DNA of 64,000 bases from positions 12,822 through 76,821 of the IMG/VR virus record IMGVR_UViG_2974791771_000001; one strand, written 5' to 3'. How positions within the stretch are numbered: the first letter of the stretch is position 1; each line of letters begins with the position of its first letter. The notes below the pieces were generated by a model that was not told where the DNA came from, searched no databases, and saw nothing but the letters and a program-made list of their open reading frames with translations. The translations under genes were made by a program, and so were the position numbers. Of the stretch, positions 39,799 to 47,948 are shown one piece after another. Source of the stretch: a virus (lineage: Duplodnaviria > Caudoviricetes).

Positions 39799-40646
39799 CA
39801 GTTCATCTCTATGCAGCCGACCTCACCGACAGGTCGAAACCACTCATCAACGTGCAACGCTTCCAGTTCCCTGGCGGCGAACAGCACCTCCACATGCCCG
39901 CGCTCATCGACGGCCACAACTACGAATGGGTGGCCGTAGTCCGGGGTGCCGACGCCAACGAGCTGGTGGCCGCTGGCCTGCTCTCGGACATCGCCTACCA
40001 GCGCGGCGAACCCTCATCTCTCCTGTTGCCGTATCTTCCGGCTGCACGAGCTGATCGGGGCCAGCCGTTCGCGCTCGACACCTACGCGAATGTCATTGGT
40101 GCGCTGAACTTCGATGTGGTCACCACGCTCGACGTGCACAGTCAGGTCGGCATTGACATCGAGTTCGGGGACTCGTATCACGTGCACCTGTCGGCCACTC
40201 CCCTCGTTCTTGCGGCGGTGGAGCATCAGGACAAGTTTGATGCGGTGATCGCGCCGGACGCTGGCGCTCTTGACCGTGCGCGGTCTGTGGCCCTGGCCCT
40301 GCGGGTGCCCGTGTACAGCGGCGTGAAGGAACGGGACTTCGCGACCGGGAAGCTCACCAGCTTCTACTACTCGGGTCCGACCAACGGCAATTTCCTTGTG
40401 GTCGATGACATCTGTGATGGCGGCGGCACGTTCGCCGGTTTCGCTGCGGTGTCGGGGATCCCTCGCGAGAACCTGTCGTTGTGGATCACGCATGGCATCT
40501 TCTCGAAGGGGTCTGCGTCGAATCTGTTCCGCAATTACAAGGCTGTGTATACGACGGATTCGCATCCGGGTTCGGCGAATCTTCATGCGACTGTTCGTGT
40601 GCCGGTTGTGCCGCACATGTGGAAGCACGTAGCAGGAGGTCTGTGA
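39795..40646 (+). CDS. PRPP-synthetase-like protein (probable ADPR-PP synthetase, Adps)
   Basis: FPGGE, PYLPAARADR, LDVHS, APDAGA, VVDDICDGGGTF, THGIFS. Confidence 0.85.
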   Translation: MTVHLYAADLTDRSKPLINVQRFQFPGGEQHLHMPALIDGHNYEWVAVVRGADANELVAAGLLSDIAYQRGEPSSLLLPYLPAARADRGQPFALDTYANVIGALNFDVVTTLDVHSQVGIDIEFGDSYHVHLSATPLVLAAVEHQDKFDAVIAPDAGALDRARSVALALRVPVYSGVKERDFATGKLTSFYYSGPTNGNFLVVDDICDGGGTFAGFAAVSGIPRENLSLWITHGIFSKGSASNLFRNYKAVYTTDSHPGSANLHATVRVPVVPHMWKHVAGGL

Positions 40647-40864
40647 TGGGTCGGATGCAAGTCAAGGATGCGGAGTCCACCAAGCGCGTTCTTTCTATGG
40701 CCGACGATCAGTCGAAGTTGATCCTAACGGAAACGCTGGGATCTGGCGTTGCGGTCATAGAGGTTGCCGGTAGTTCCTACAGTGCGTACGCCAGCATTGT
40801 GCTCGACAAAGAGTCCGCAGTCATTCTCGGTGAACGCCTCATCGAATTCGGAAGCCAACCCTGA
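40646..40864 (+). CDS. Hypothetical protein
   Basis: TGATG overlap, RBS AGGAGG. Confidence 0.55.
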   Translation: MGRMQVKDAESTKRVLSMADDQSKLILTETLGSGVAVIEVAGSSYSAYASIVLDKESAVILGERLIEFGSQP

Positions 40865-40872
40865 AAGGGACC

Positions 40873-42348
40873 ATGACCAAGTTTGCGCCCGTAGCGGCAC
40901 TCTTCCAAACCGACGCCTACAAGCTCGGCCACATCCAGCAATACCAGCTCGCCGGAAACGTCACCCGCGTCTACAGCAACTACACCAACCGCAAGAGCCG
41001 CATCCCCGGCGTCGACAACGTGGTGCACTTCGGCCTTCAGGCGTTCATCCAGAAGAACCTCATGGAAGCGTTTGAGCCGTTCTTTGAGTCCGATGAGGAT
41101 GTTGTTGCCGAACTGTACGAAGAGCGCGTAGCGAGCATCCTGGGGCCGAACACGATCGGTTCCGATCACATCCGCGCCCTGCACCGACTCGGCTACCTGC
41201 CGCTGCGGTTCTGCGCGGTCCCGGAAGGCACCCTCGTGCCCATCCGGATCCCCACATTCACGGTGGAAAACACTCTGCCTGAGTTCTTCTGGCTGACCAA
41301 CTACATCGAGACCGCGTTGTCGGCTGGCGTGTGGCAGGCGAGCACGTCCGCAACCATCGCCCGCGAGTACCGACAGATCCTCGACGTTGCGGCATGGGAG
41401 ACGGGCAGCAGTTTCGATGCTGTCGACTTCCAGGTCCACGACTTCAGCTACCGGGGGATGAGTTCGAATGAGTCTGCCCAGGTTTCGGGTGCGGCGCACC
41501 TTCTTTCGTTCTCCGGGACAGACTCTCTCGTCGCTCTCGATTGGATTGACCGCTACTACGGAGGTTCGGATTACGTTGCGGCGTCGGTCCCCGCGACAGA
41601 GCACAGTGTCATGTGCACCGGCATTGCCAAGCTCGGTGAACAGGATATGTTCGCCAAGCTTCTCGACCTGTATCCGACCGGCATTGTGTCCATCGTCTCG
41701 GACACCTTCGACCTGTGGCGGGTACTGACTGAGTACCTTCCCGCGCTGAAGGACAAGGTTCTCGCCCGCGACGGCAAGCTGGTGATCCGTCCGGACTCGG
41801 GCGACCCGCAGAAGATCATCTGTGGCGACCCGGACGCCCCTGAGGGCAGCAACGAGTACCTGGGCGTGATCGGTCTGCTGGATCGCGTGTTCGGCTCCAC
41901 CCCGAACAAGCTGGGCTACTACGAGCTGGACTCGCACGTCGGCATCATTTACGGCGATTCGATCACAACGGAGCGCGCTCAGGCCATCGTTGACGATCTC
42001 GCTTCGCAGAACTACGCCAGCACCAACGTGGTGTTCGGCGTGGGCAGCTTCACTTACCAGTACAACACCCGCGACACCTTCGGCTCGGCGCTGAAGGCTA
42101 CGTGGGCTGAGGTGGACGGTGAGGGCGTGAACCTGCTCAAGGACCCCATCACTGACGACGGCACGAAGAAGTCGGCTACGGGCCGTCTGGCGGTCGATTT
42201 GGATGGTGATGGTGAGTGGACGCTGATTGAGAAGGCCAGCCAGGACGAAGAGGCACTGAGCCTGCTTCAGCCTGTGTGGGAGAACGGCGAGTTCGTCACG
42301 CGTCAGACCTTCCAGGACGTGAGGGAAACGCTCGCACTCTGGGGGTGA
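40873..42348 (+). CDS. Nicotinamide phosphoribosyltransferase-like protein (NadV/Nampt; probable Namat)
   Basis: TDAYKLGH, HDFSYRG, VPATEHSVM, SIVSDTFD, IRPDSGDP, IYGDSIT, FGVGS. Confidence 0.93.
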   Translation: MTKFAPVAALFQTDAYKLGHIQQYQLAGNVTRVYSNYTNRKSRIPGVDNVVHFGLQAFIQKNLMEAFEPFFESDEDVVAELYEERVASILGPNTIGSDHIRALHRLGYLPLRFCAVPEGTLVPIRIPTFTVENTLPEFFWLTNYIETALSAGVWQASTSATIAREYRQILDVAAWETGSSFDAVDFQVHDFSYRGMSSNESAQVSGAAHLLSFSGTDSLVALDWIDRYYGGSDYVAASVPATEHSVMCTGIAKLGEQDMFAKLLDLYPTGIVSIVSDTFDLWRVLTEYLPALKDKVLARDGKLVIRPDSGDPQKIICGDPDAPEGSNEYLGVIGLLDRVFGSTPNKLGYYELDSHVGIIYGDSITTERAQAIVDDLASQNYASTNVVFGVGSFTYQYNTRDTFGSALKATWAEVDGEGVNLLKDPITDDGTKKSATGRLAVDLDGDGEWTLIEKASQDEEALSLLQPVWENGEFVTRQTFQDVRETLALWG

Positions 42349-42353
42349 CCTGA

Positions 42354-42740
42354 TTGGCGATCGACTACACCAAACCTGAGCGCACGAAAATCTCGTACAA
42401 GAAGATTCGTGTGCCGAACAGGTCGATGGCCCCACGCTTCGAGGCAATCAAGCCGTGCCCGAAGTGTGGGGCCTGGCGGGTCCACTGGATGCGTGAACCC
42501 AACCCGGATGTGCCCAACCTCGTCAACTTCTACGGCGAGTTTGTGTGCAGGGCCGACGATCCCGACGCTGAACGCATCATCAAAGAGAACCGTCTTGAAC
42601 GAGAGATAGTCGGGTGGGGAATGGTGCGCACAGTCCGCACAGTCTATGACGAGTCAGTCCGACCCGATCGTGACGACGAACGCGGCTTCGAGGTGATCCG
42701 CCAATGCGTTGACTGCAAACACGAATGGGGAGAAATCTGA
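42354..42740 (+). CDS. Hypothetical protein (possible Zn ribbon)
   Basis: CPKC and CVDC. Confidence 0.6.
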   Translation: MAIDYTKPERTKISYKKIRVPNRSMAPRFEAIKPCPKCGAWRVHWMREPNPDVPNLVNFYGEFVCRADDPDAERIIKENRLEREIVGWGMVRTVRTVYDESVRPDRDDERGFEVIRQCVDCKHEWGEI

Positions 42741-43570
42741 ACACAACCAGACAGATCGCATACGACAACCTGATGATGCTCGGCGTAGCCGGATCGCAGC
42801 TCTACGGCACCAACCTGGACAACGGCGACAACGACCAGATGGGCGTCTGCCTAGAGCCACCCGCCTACGTGACCGGCCTGTTCACCTTCGAGCAGTACCA
42901 GTACCATTCCGCCGGCAAGGATACTCGTTCCGGCGCAGACGATCTCGACCTCACTATCTACAGTCTGCGCAAGTGGGCGCGACTCGCAGCAGCAGGCAAT
43001 CCCACGGTACTCCTGCTGGGTTTCACGCCGAAGCGACTCCTGCTGCACGACAGCGTGGATGGCCGAATCCTTCGAAACCACATGGACAAGTTCATGTCCC
43101 GCCAAGCCGCAGGCAAGTTCTATGGCTACCTGGAATCGCAGCGCAAACAGATGCTCGGTCTCACCGGACGCAAGCACAGCAATCGTCCAGAACTCATCGA
43201 GCAGTACGGCTTCGACACCAAGTTCGCCTACCACGCAGTGCGACTCGGAATGCAAGGCGTCGAGTATCTGACCACCGGGCACATGACGCTGCCGATGCGC
43301 GACGAGGAACGCAACTACCTCATCGACATCCGGCAAGGCCGCGAGTCCTTCGAAGATGTGGTGACCGTCATCAACCTGTACCAAGGGTTGCTGCTCAAAC
43401 TGATGCGCTCCACTGATCTGCCGCCGCGTGCGGACTACGACTGGATCAACTCGTGGCTCACCGACACCTACATTACTCACTGGGAACGCGAGGGGGTGGG
43501 TACTGACCTCTTGGCTAGACGAAGCTTCGGCAAGTCGATTCATAGGGCGTCACATCCGAACCCTGCGTAG
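42725..43570 (+). CDS. DNA-polymerase-beta superfamily nucleotidyltransferase (RlaP-like)
   Basis: GSQLYGT...GDNDQMG, GNPT.L, DTKFAYHAVRL. Confidence 0.82.
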   Translation: MGRNLNTTRQIAYDNLMMLGVAGSQLYGTNLDNGDNDQMGVCLEPPAYVTGLFTFEQYQYHSAGKDTRSGADDLDLTIYSLRKWARLAAAGNPTVLLLGFTPKRLLLHDSVDGRILRNHMDKFMSRQAAGKFYGYLESQRKQMLGLTGRKHSNRPELIEQYGFDTKFAYHAVRLGMQGVEYLTTGHMTLPMRDEERNYLIDIRQGRESFEDVVTVINLYQGLLLKLMRSTDLPPRADYDWINSWLTDTYITHWEREGVGTDLLARRSFGKSIHRASHPNPA

Positions 43571-43751
43571 ATGGCGGCAAGCACGGATCGTCGTGGCCCG
43601 CCACACCAAGTACGGCTACGAGTACGACAAGCAATCACTCCGTGCGGCGAAACTCCGCATGGCTCAACGCCGACTGATCGAGAAGGAAAACAACGGTGGA
43701 CGACCATTCAAGTACGCCCCCAAGCCCGGAGACATGGATCCCCTCTTCTGA
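43428..43751 (+). CDS. HTH DNA-binding protein (start uncertain, about 43500)
   Basis: LDEASASRFIGRHIRTLRRWRQ. Confidence 0.6.
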   Translation: MRTTTGSTRGSPTPTLLTGNARGWVLTSWLDEASASRFIGRHIRTLRRWRQARIVVARHTKYGYEYDKQSLRAAKLRMAQRRLIEKENNGGRPFKYAPKPGDMDPLF

Positions 43752-43959
43752 CTACGACCGTGCAGTGCACATTGTGGCCGAATCGGTCGCGGGTCGAGAG
43801 CCCACGGCCGACGATCTGAACCGGGCTGAGAAGCTGATCGCAGTGTTCTACAGTCTGGTGGAATCGCGGCTAATACCGTGTCCCCCCGGGGAGTAATGTT
43901 GTAAGTGAATCGGGGTTGAGAGAGCGCCCAAGACATTGAACGGCGTTCTTCACCCTGGA

Positions 43960-44026
43960 CTGATCGTCAGATGGGACATCTGCAGAGGTTTTGTAGGGTG
44001 CGCGGGTTCGAGTCCCGCCGATCAGA
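43960..44026 (+). ncRNA. Aberrant tRNA-like RNA
   Basis: Acceptor CTGATCG/CGATCAG and T-arm GCGGG-TTCGAGT-CCCGC; no canonical D or anticodon loop. Confidence 0.55.
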
Positions 44027-44028
44027 CG

Positions 44029-44145
44029 GGCGCAGATGCGTAGATTGTGGTTACTTCACTAATTGGATATGCAGGTTCAAGTCCTGCCGTCGGGGTGTAA
44101 AGTTACCCGACGTTTGTTCCACGATCGACCAAGTTCACTCGCGCC
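44029..44145 (+). ncRNA. Y-RNA-like unit 1 (carries a T-arm)
   Basis: GATGCGTA..GTTACTTC at 5', AAGTTC at 3', nested stems, GCAGG-TTCAAGT-CCTGC. Confidence 0.7.
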
Positions 44146-44153
44146 AACAACCA

Positions 44154-44226
44154 CCCCAGATGCGAAGGCTGCACAGTTACTTCAATTGGATGAAACGCAC
44201 ACTGTGTGCCATCCAGTTCCCTGGGG
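44154..44226 (+). ncRNA. Y-RNA-like unit 2 (minimal)
   Basis: CCCCAG/CTGGGG outer stem, GATGCGAA, GCACAG/CTGTGT inner stem, TTACTTC, CAGTTCC. Confidence 0.65.
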
Positions 44227-44237
44227 TTACATCTTCA

Positions 44238-44432
44238 CGTTCAGATGCGTAGAGACGTTGGTTACTTCCATTTTAAGGACGAGGTTGCGGGTTCGAATCC
44301 CGCCTGCGCTATGTTTACCCGAAGGTAGGGCCTGGCATAAAGGCCAGTGGTGGGGTTCGAATCCCCGGCTGTGACGGTAGCTCAATTGGCAGAGCGCGTA
44401 AAAACACCAACACTCGGCAAGTTCCCTGAACG
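44238..44432 (+). ncRNA. Y-RNA-like unit 3 (YrlA-type permuted tRNA domain with two T-arms)
   Basis: CGTTCAG/CTGAACG outer stem; T-arms precede the D-arm AGCTCAATTGGCAGAGC. Confidence 0.75.
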
Positions 44433-44444
44433 ATCAAACATTCC

Positions 44445-44523
44445 GCCGTGATGCGAAGCAAGAACGTTACTTCAACTGCTGATAGATGAAACCCACACGT
44501 TCATGCGCCACAGTTCACACGGC
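44445..44523 (+). ncRNA. Y-RNA-like unit 4 (minimal)
   Basis: GCCGTG/CACGGC outer stem, GATGCGAA, GAACG/CGTTC inner stem, TTACTTC, CAGTTCA. Confidence 0.65.
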
Positions 44524-44550
44524 ACAATTCAACACACAGGAGCAGAAGGA

Positions 44551-46149
44551 ATGTCGCGCTACAACACCGCCACCAAGGCCCGACCCGCACAAAAGTCGAG
44601 CGCCATCAAGGCAGGTACGAAGCCCAAAACCAACCCACAGGGTGGAACCGGATTCAAGCGCGGCGACGCCAAGTCCGAACTGTTCCTTTCCGCTGCAACC
44701 TCATTCATGCAGCCCAAATTCTACGAAACCGAGAACGATCTCCGCACGCGACAGCGCAAGCTCATCGCCAAGGTGGCCGTCTCCGACCCGGAGTGGACCT
44801 TCGAGTTCCTGACATGGCTCCGCACCGAAGGCAACCTGCGCACCGGGTCGCTCACCCTGGCCGCTGACGCCGTTTATGAGCGCCTGAAGGCGGGTAGGTA
44901 CGAGCACGGCTGGAACCGTGCGATCATCTCCACGGTCCTGCGCCGGCCGGACGAGCCTGGCGAAATGCTTGCCTACTGGACCAGCAACTACGGTCGCAAC
45001 GTGCCGATCTCGGTCAAGCGTGGCATCGCGGATGTCATCGAGGGACAGTACAACGAGCGCAACTTTCTGAAGTACGACAGTGCCTCTCGCGCCTTCCGGT
45101 TCGGTGATGTGATCGAGCTGACCCATCCGAAGATGACGGGCAGCCGGGGTGATCTCGCCTCGTATGCGATCACTGTGGGTAAGGGCCGTGACGCCGAGAT
45201 TCCTGATTCTCTGCCGATGATTCGAGAGAATCGCTCACTCCGCGCCACGGGCCTGAGCCCGAAGGTTCGCAAGTTGATCGCGGATCGAGGTGGCGACCTC
45301 TCCCAGGTTCTTGCTGCTGCTGGTATGACGTGGGAAGACATCCCCTCACTCGTCAACGGCCCCTGGACCCCCGAACTGTGGGAAGCCGCCATCCCCAACA
45401 TGGGAGTCATGGCGCTCATGCGCAACCTCCGCAACTTCGACCAGGTCGGCATCTCCAAGCAAGCCGCAAAGATGGTCCGAGACAAACTGTCCGACCGTGA
45501 AGCCGTCCTCAAGTCCCGCATCCTTCCCCTCCGCGCACTCAGCGCCTACAAGGCCGTCAGCAACTCCCGCTGGCACGGCGCACTCGAAGACGCGGTGGAC
45601 ATCACCCTGGACAACGTTCCCGCCCTGAAGGGCCGCACGCTGATCCTCGTGGACTGCTCGGGATCGATGTTCTTCAGCAACGGCACCGACCTGAGCTACG
45701 CGGAGTCGGCAGCCGTGTTCGGCACCGCGCTCGCCGCCAAGGCTGACAATGCGACTCTCGTGCACTACGGGTCGAACTCGCGTGAGGTCAAGGTGCCTCG
45801 TGGAGCTTCGGTGTTGGAGATGGCCCGCTCGGTGCACAGCATGGGTGGTACGGCCACCGCAGAGGCGATCCAGGCCCACTACAACGGCCACGATCGAGTG
45901 ATCCTGCTGACCGACGAGCAGCACAATGGTGGAGGCTACGGATGGGGCTCACGCTACGTGTCGGCGAGCCCTGGCGACTATGTGCCCAAGCACATCCCGC
46001 TCATCACCTTCAACCTCGCCGGATACAAACTCGGCGGCGTCAAAGACGAACCCAACCGGCTCACCTTCTCGTCCCTCTCGGACAGTGCATGGAAGCTGGT
46101 CGACATGTTCGGCAACGGCGCAACCGGATGGCCCTGGGAGGCTAAGTGA
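44551..46149 (+). CDS. Ro60/TROVE-domain RNA-binding protein with C-terminal vWA domain
   Basis: SELF, W.RTEGNLR, RPDEPGE.LAYW, MALMRNLRNF, vWA MIDAS DCSGSM, TDEQ. Confidence 0.93.
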   Translation: MSRYNTATKARPAQKSSAIKAGTKPKTNPQGGTGFKRGDAKSELFLSAATSFMQPKFYETENDLRTRQRKLIAKVAVSDPEWTFEFLTWLRTEGNLRTGSLTLAADAVYERLKAGRYEHGWNRAIISTVLRRPDEPGEMLAYWTSNYGRNVPISVKRGIADVIEGQYNERNFLKYDSASRAFRFGDVIELTHPKMTGSRGDLASYAITVGKGRDAEIPDSLPMIRENRSLRATGLSPKVRKLIADRGGDLSQVLAAAGMTWEDIPSLVNGPWTPELWEAAIPNMGVMALMRNLRNFDQVGISKQAAKMVRDKLSDREAVLKSRILPLRALSAYKAVSNSRWHGALEDAVDITLDNVPALKGRTLILVDCSGSMFFSNGTDLSYAESAAVFGTALAAKADNATLVHYGSNSREVKVPRGASVLEMARSVHSMGGTATAEAIQAHYNGHDRVILLTDEQHNGGGYGWGSRYVSASPGDYVPKHIPLITFNLAGYKLGGVKDEPNRLTFSSLSDSAWKLVDMFGNGATGWPWEAK

Positions 46150-46224
46150 TCGCAGCACTCATCGCATGGAACATCATCGCAGCCATCGTCGTAATCGGCG
46201 GCGCACTCACCCTCGCAAAAGTCT

Positions 46225-46941
46225 TTGAGTGAGCTGCACGATGCCGCGCTGAACTACCTGTACGAAGGATTCAAAGTCTTCCCGCTATGGCCTGGCGGGA
46301 AAACACCACTCATCAAACACGGCCTGCTCGAAGCGACGGACGACCCGGCCATTGTGGACGAATGGTGGGGACGCTGCCCGCAGGCAAACATTGGGGTGAG
46401 GGTGCCGGAACGAGTTGTAGTCATCGACATAGACCCCCGCTCTGGGGGCACACTCGACCAGCTCGGACCAATCCCACGAACACGCACAGCAGCAACAGGT
46501 GGCGGCGGATGGCATCTCCTATTCAGGCATGTTGGACGAGCACGAGGAAAGCTAGATGATGCCCGTGGTATCGACATCAAAACTAACAGCGGCTATATCG
46601 TTGGTGCGCCAAGCGTTCACGAGTCTGGCCGACGCTATCGCTGGACTGATCGAGGCCCTATCGCGGACCTTCCGGCATCCTTGCTCCGTCGGGTATCCCC
46701 TGCTCCCCCGCAGGTGGTGTGGGACGACCCTGGTGTGGGATCCACCAAGGGATTGGTTGCCACTGTCGCGGATGCGGTTGAGGGCGAACGGAACCACAAA
46801 TTCTTCTGGGCTGCGTGTCGGGCCTATCAAGAGGGGGCTGATGCTGAGTTGATGGGCGCGTTGGTAAATGCTGCTCGTTCGATTGGGTTGACTGAGCGTG
46901 AGATTGGGTTGTCTCTGCGTTCCGCTCAGGCCCGCGTATGA
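46225..46941 (+). CDS. Bifunctional DNA primase/polymerase (prim-pol N-terminal plus PriCT-like)
   Basis: VFPL.PGGK.P, NIGV, IDID, GGWHL, GIDIK, PSVH, GERN. Confidence 0.9.
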   Translation: MSELHDAALNYLYEGFKVFPLWPGGKTPLIKHGLLEATDDPAIVDEWWGRCPQANIGVRVPERVVVIDIDPRSGGTLDQLGPIPRTRTAATGGGGWHLLFRHVGRARGKLDDARGIDIKTNSGYIVGAPSVHESGRRYRWTDRGPIADLPASLLRRVSPAPPQVVWDDPGVGSTKGLVATVADAVEGERNHKFFWAACRAYQEGADAELMGALVNAARSIGLTEREIGLSLRSAQARV

Positions 46942-47160
46942 GCCTCGCGATCCATCGCGGTTTCCTCGTCACCTACAGTGACGGCTCTCAGGCTTTCGCT
47001 CTAAATGCCGAGCGAGTGCATGATCGTCTCCACGCCGGGTGGGAGCTTACCGAGATGGTTTTCGATATAGCAGACCCTCCACTGCCGTTGCTCATGTAAG
47101 ACTGAGTAGAAGTTTCGGCTCCGTTTAATAGACACTCCAACGTCACTCAAACGGGCGCAA

Positions 47161-47296
47161 CGGCTGATAGTCCAATGGAGCGGTCCTCACATATCGAACT
47201 AGCGGGCGTGCACGCCGACGGCTAGCGAATTTCTGTGAAGGGTCCAGGACGCCCCAAATGGTGGAGGAAATGCGGGTTCGAATCCCGCGAGGCCGA
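47161..47296 (+). ncRNA. tRNA-like RNA with about 75 nt inserted at the anticodon position
   Basis: T-arm GCGGG-TTCGAAT-CCCGC; TCCTC/GAGGA stem enclosing extra hairpins. Confidence 0.5.
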
Positions 47297-47375
47297 CCGT
47301 GCCCGACTGTGCACGTAAACAGTCCGCAGACGACAATCGGCAGGAACACTGCGGTATCAAAAGTTCCCACCCCAT

Positions 47376-47445
47376 GTAGCGTTGGTGTAGAGAGCACACT
47401 GGTGTGCAAAGCCAGAGGCGTGGGTGCAATTCCTGCACGTGTACT
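47376..47445 (+). tRNA. Degenerate tRNA-Cys(GCA)
   Basis: CTGGT-GTGCAAA-GCCAG anticodon arm; atypical T-loop (TGCAAT) and imperfect acceptor stem. Confidence 0.5.
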
Positions 47446-47446
47446 T

Positions 47447-47519
47447 GCCTTAGAAACCGAATTGGCTAGGTGCCTGACTTCCAATCAGGATTTTGCGGGT
47501 TCGAGTCCCGTCTAAGGCT
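47447..47519 (+). tRNA. tRNA-Gly(TCC)
   Basis: Full cloverleaf; CCTGA-CTTCCAA-TCAGG. Confidence 0.92.
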
Positions 47520-47617
47520 CAATGGGACGCCAGAGATAAACACTGGTGCGGTCGAAGCTGACCCGATTCAGAAACCCGCCGATTCCCGATCACAGGCCGA
47601 CTGTATAACCGGATCCT

Positions 47618-47688
47618 AGGGTGGTAGCTCAGTGGTAGAGCGGTGGTCTCCAAAACCACGTGCCGGGGTTCGATTCCCCGTCACCTTG
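47618..47688 (+). tRNA. tRNA-Trp(CCA)
   Basis: Full cloverleaf; GTGGT-CTCCAAA-ACCAC. Confidence 0.93.
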
Positions 47689-47730
47689 CGGTGTTCAGTA
47701 TCCTTGCAGTTCAACCGGATTGAACGTTCA

Positions 47731-47804
47731 CTCTCCGTAGCTCAGATGGTCAGAGCAGGGCACTCTTAATGCTCGGGTCGCAGGTTCGAATCCTGCCGGG
47801 GAGA
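47731..47804 (+). tRNA. tRNA-Lys(CTT)
   Basis: Full cloverleaf; GGGCA-CTCTTAA-TGCTC. Confidence 0.93.
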
Positions 47805-47878
47805 CGGCCCTCCTGTTGGGGTTATACGTCAGATCGCTACTGACACAACAGGCCATCAGGTCGGCCTACCTGATGGAA

Positions 47879-47948
47879 AGTCGCATAGTTTAACTGGTGA
47901 GAACAGCTTCCCTGTGGGGCGAGTGTCGGTTCGAATCCGGCTGCGACG
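47879..47948 (+). tRNA. tRNA-like gene with aberrant anticodon loop (possibly Gln CTG)
   Basis: Good D-arm and T-arm, 6-bp acceptor; anticodon arm GCTTC-CCTGT-GGGGC lacks U33 and purine 37. Confidence 0.55.

Noticed and set aside
44029-44523. Repeats as a possible CRISPR array or DGR/retron element
   Set aside because: The repeats are short, bipartite and irregularly spaced with variable structured inserts; no cas or reverse transcriptase gene is in the window.
47161-47296. tmRNA candidate
   Set aside because: Too short, with no tRNA-Ala-like ends and no tag ORF.
47260-47371. Possible fifth Y-RNA unit (GGTGG...AAGTTC-CCACC)
   Set aside because: It has an AGTTC-like 3' element but lacks the GATGCG(T/A)A...TTACTTC 5' elements and overlaps the tRNA-like T-arm.
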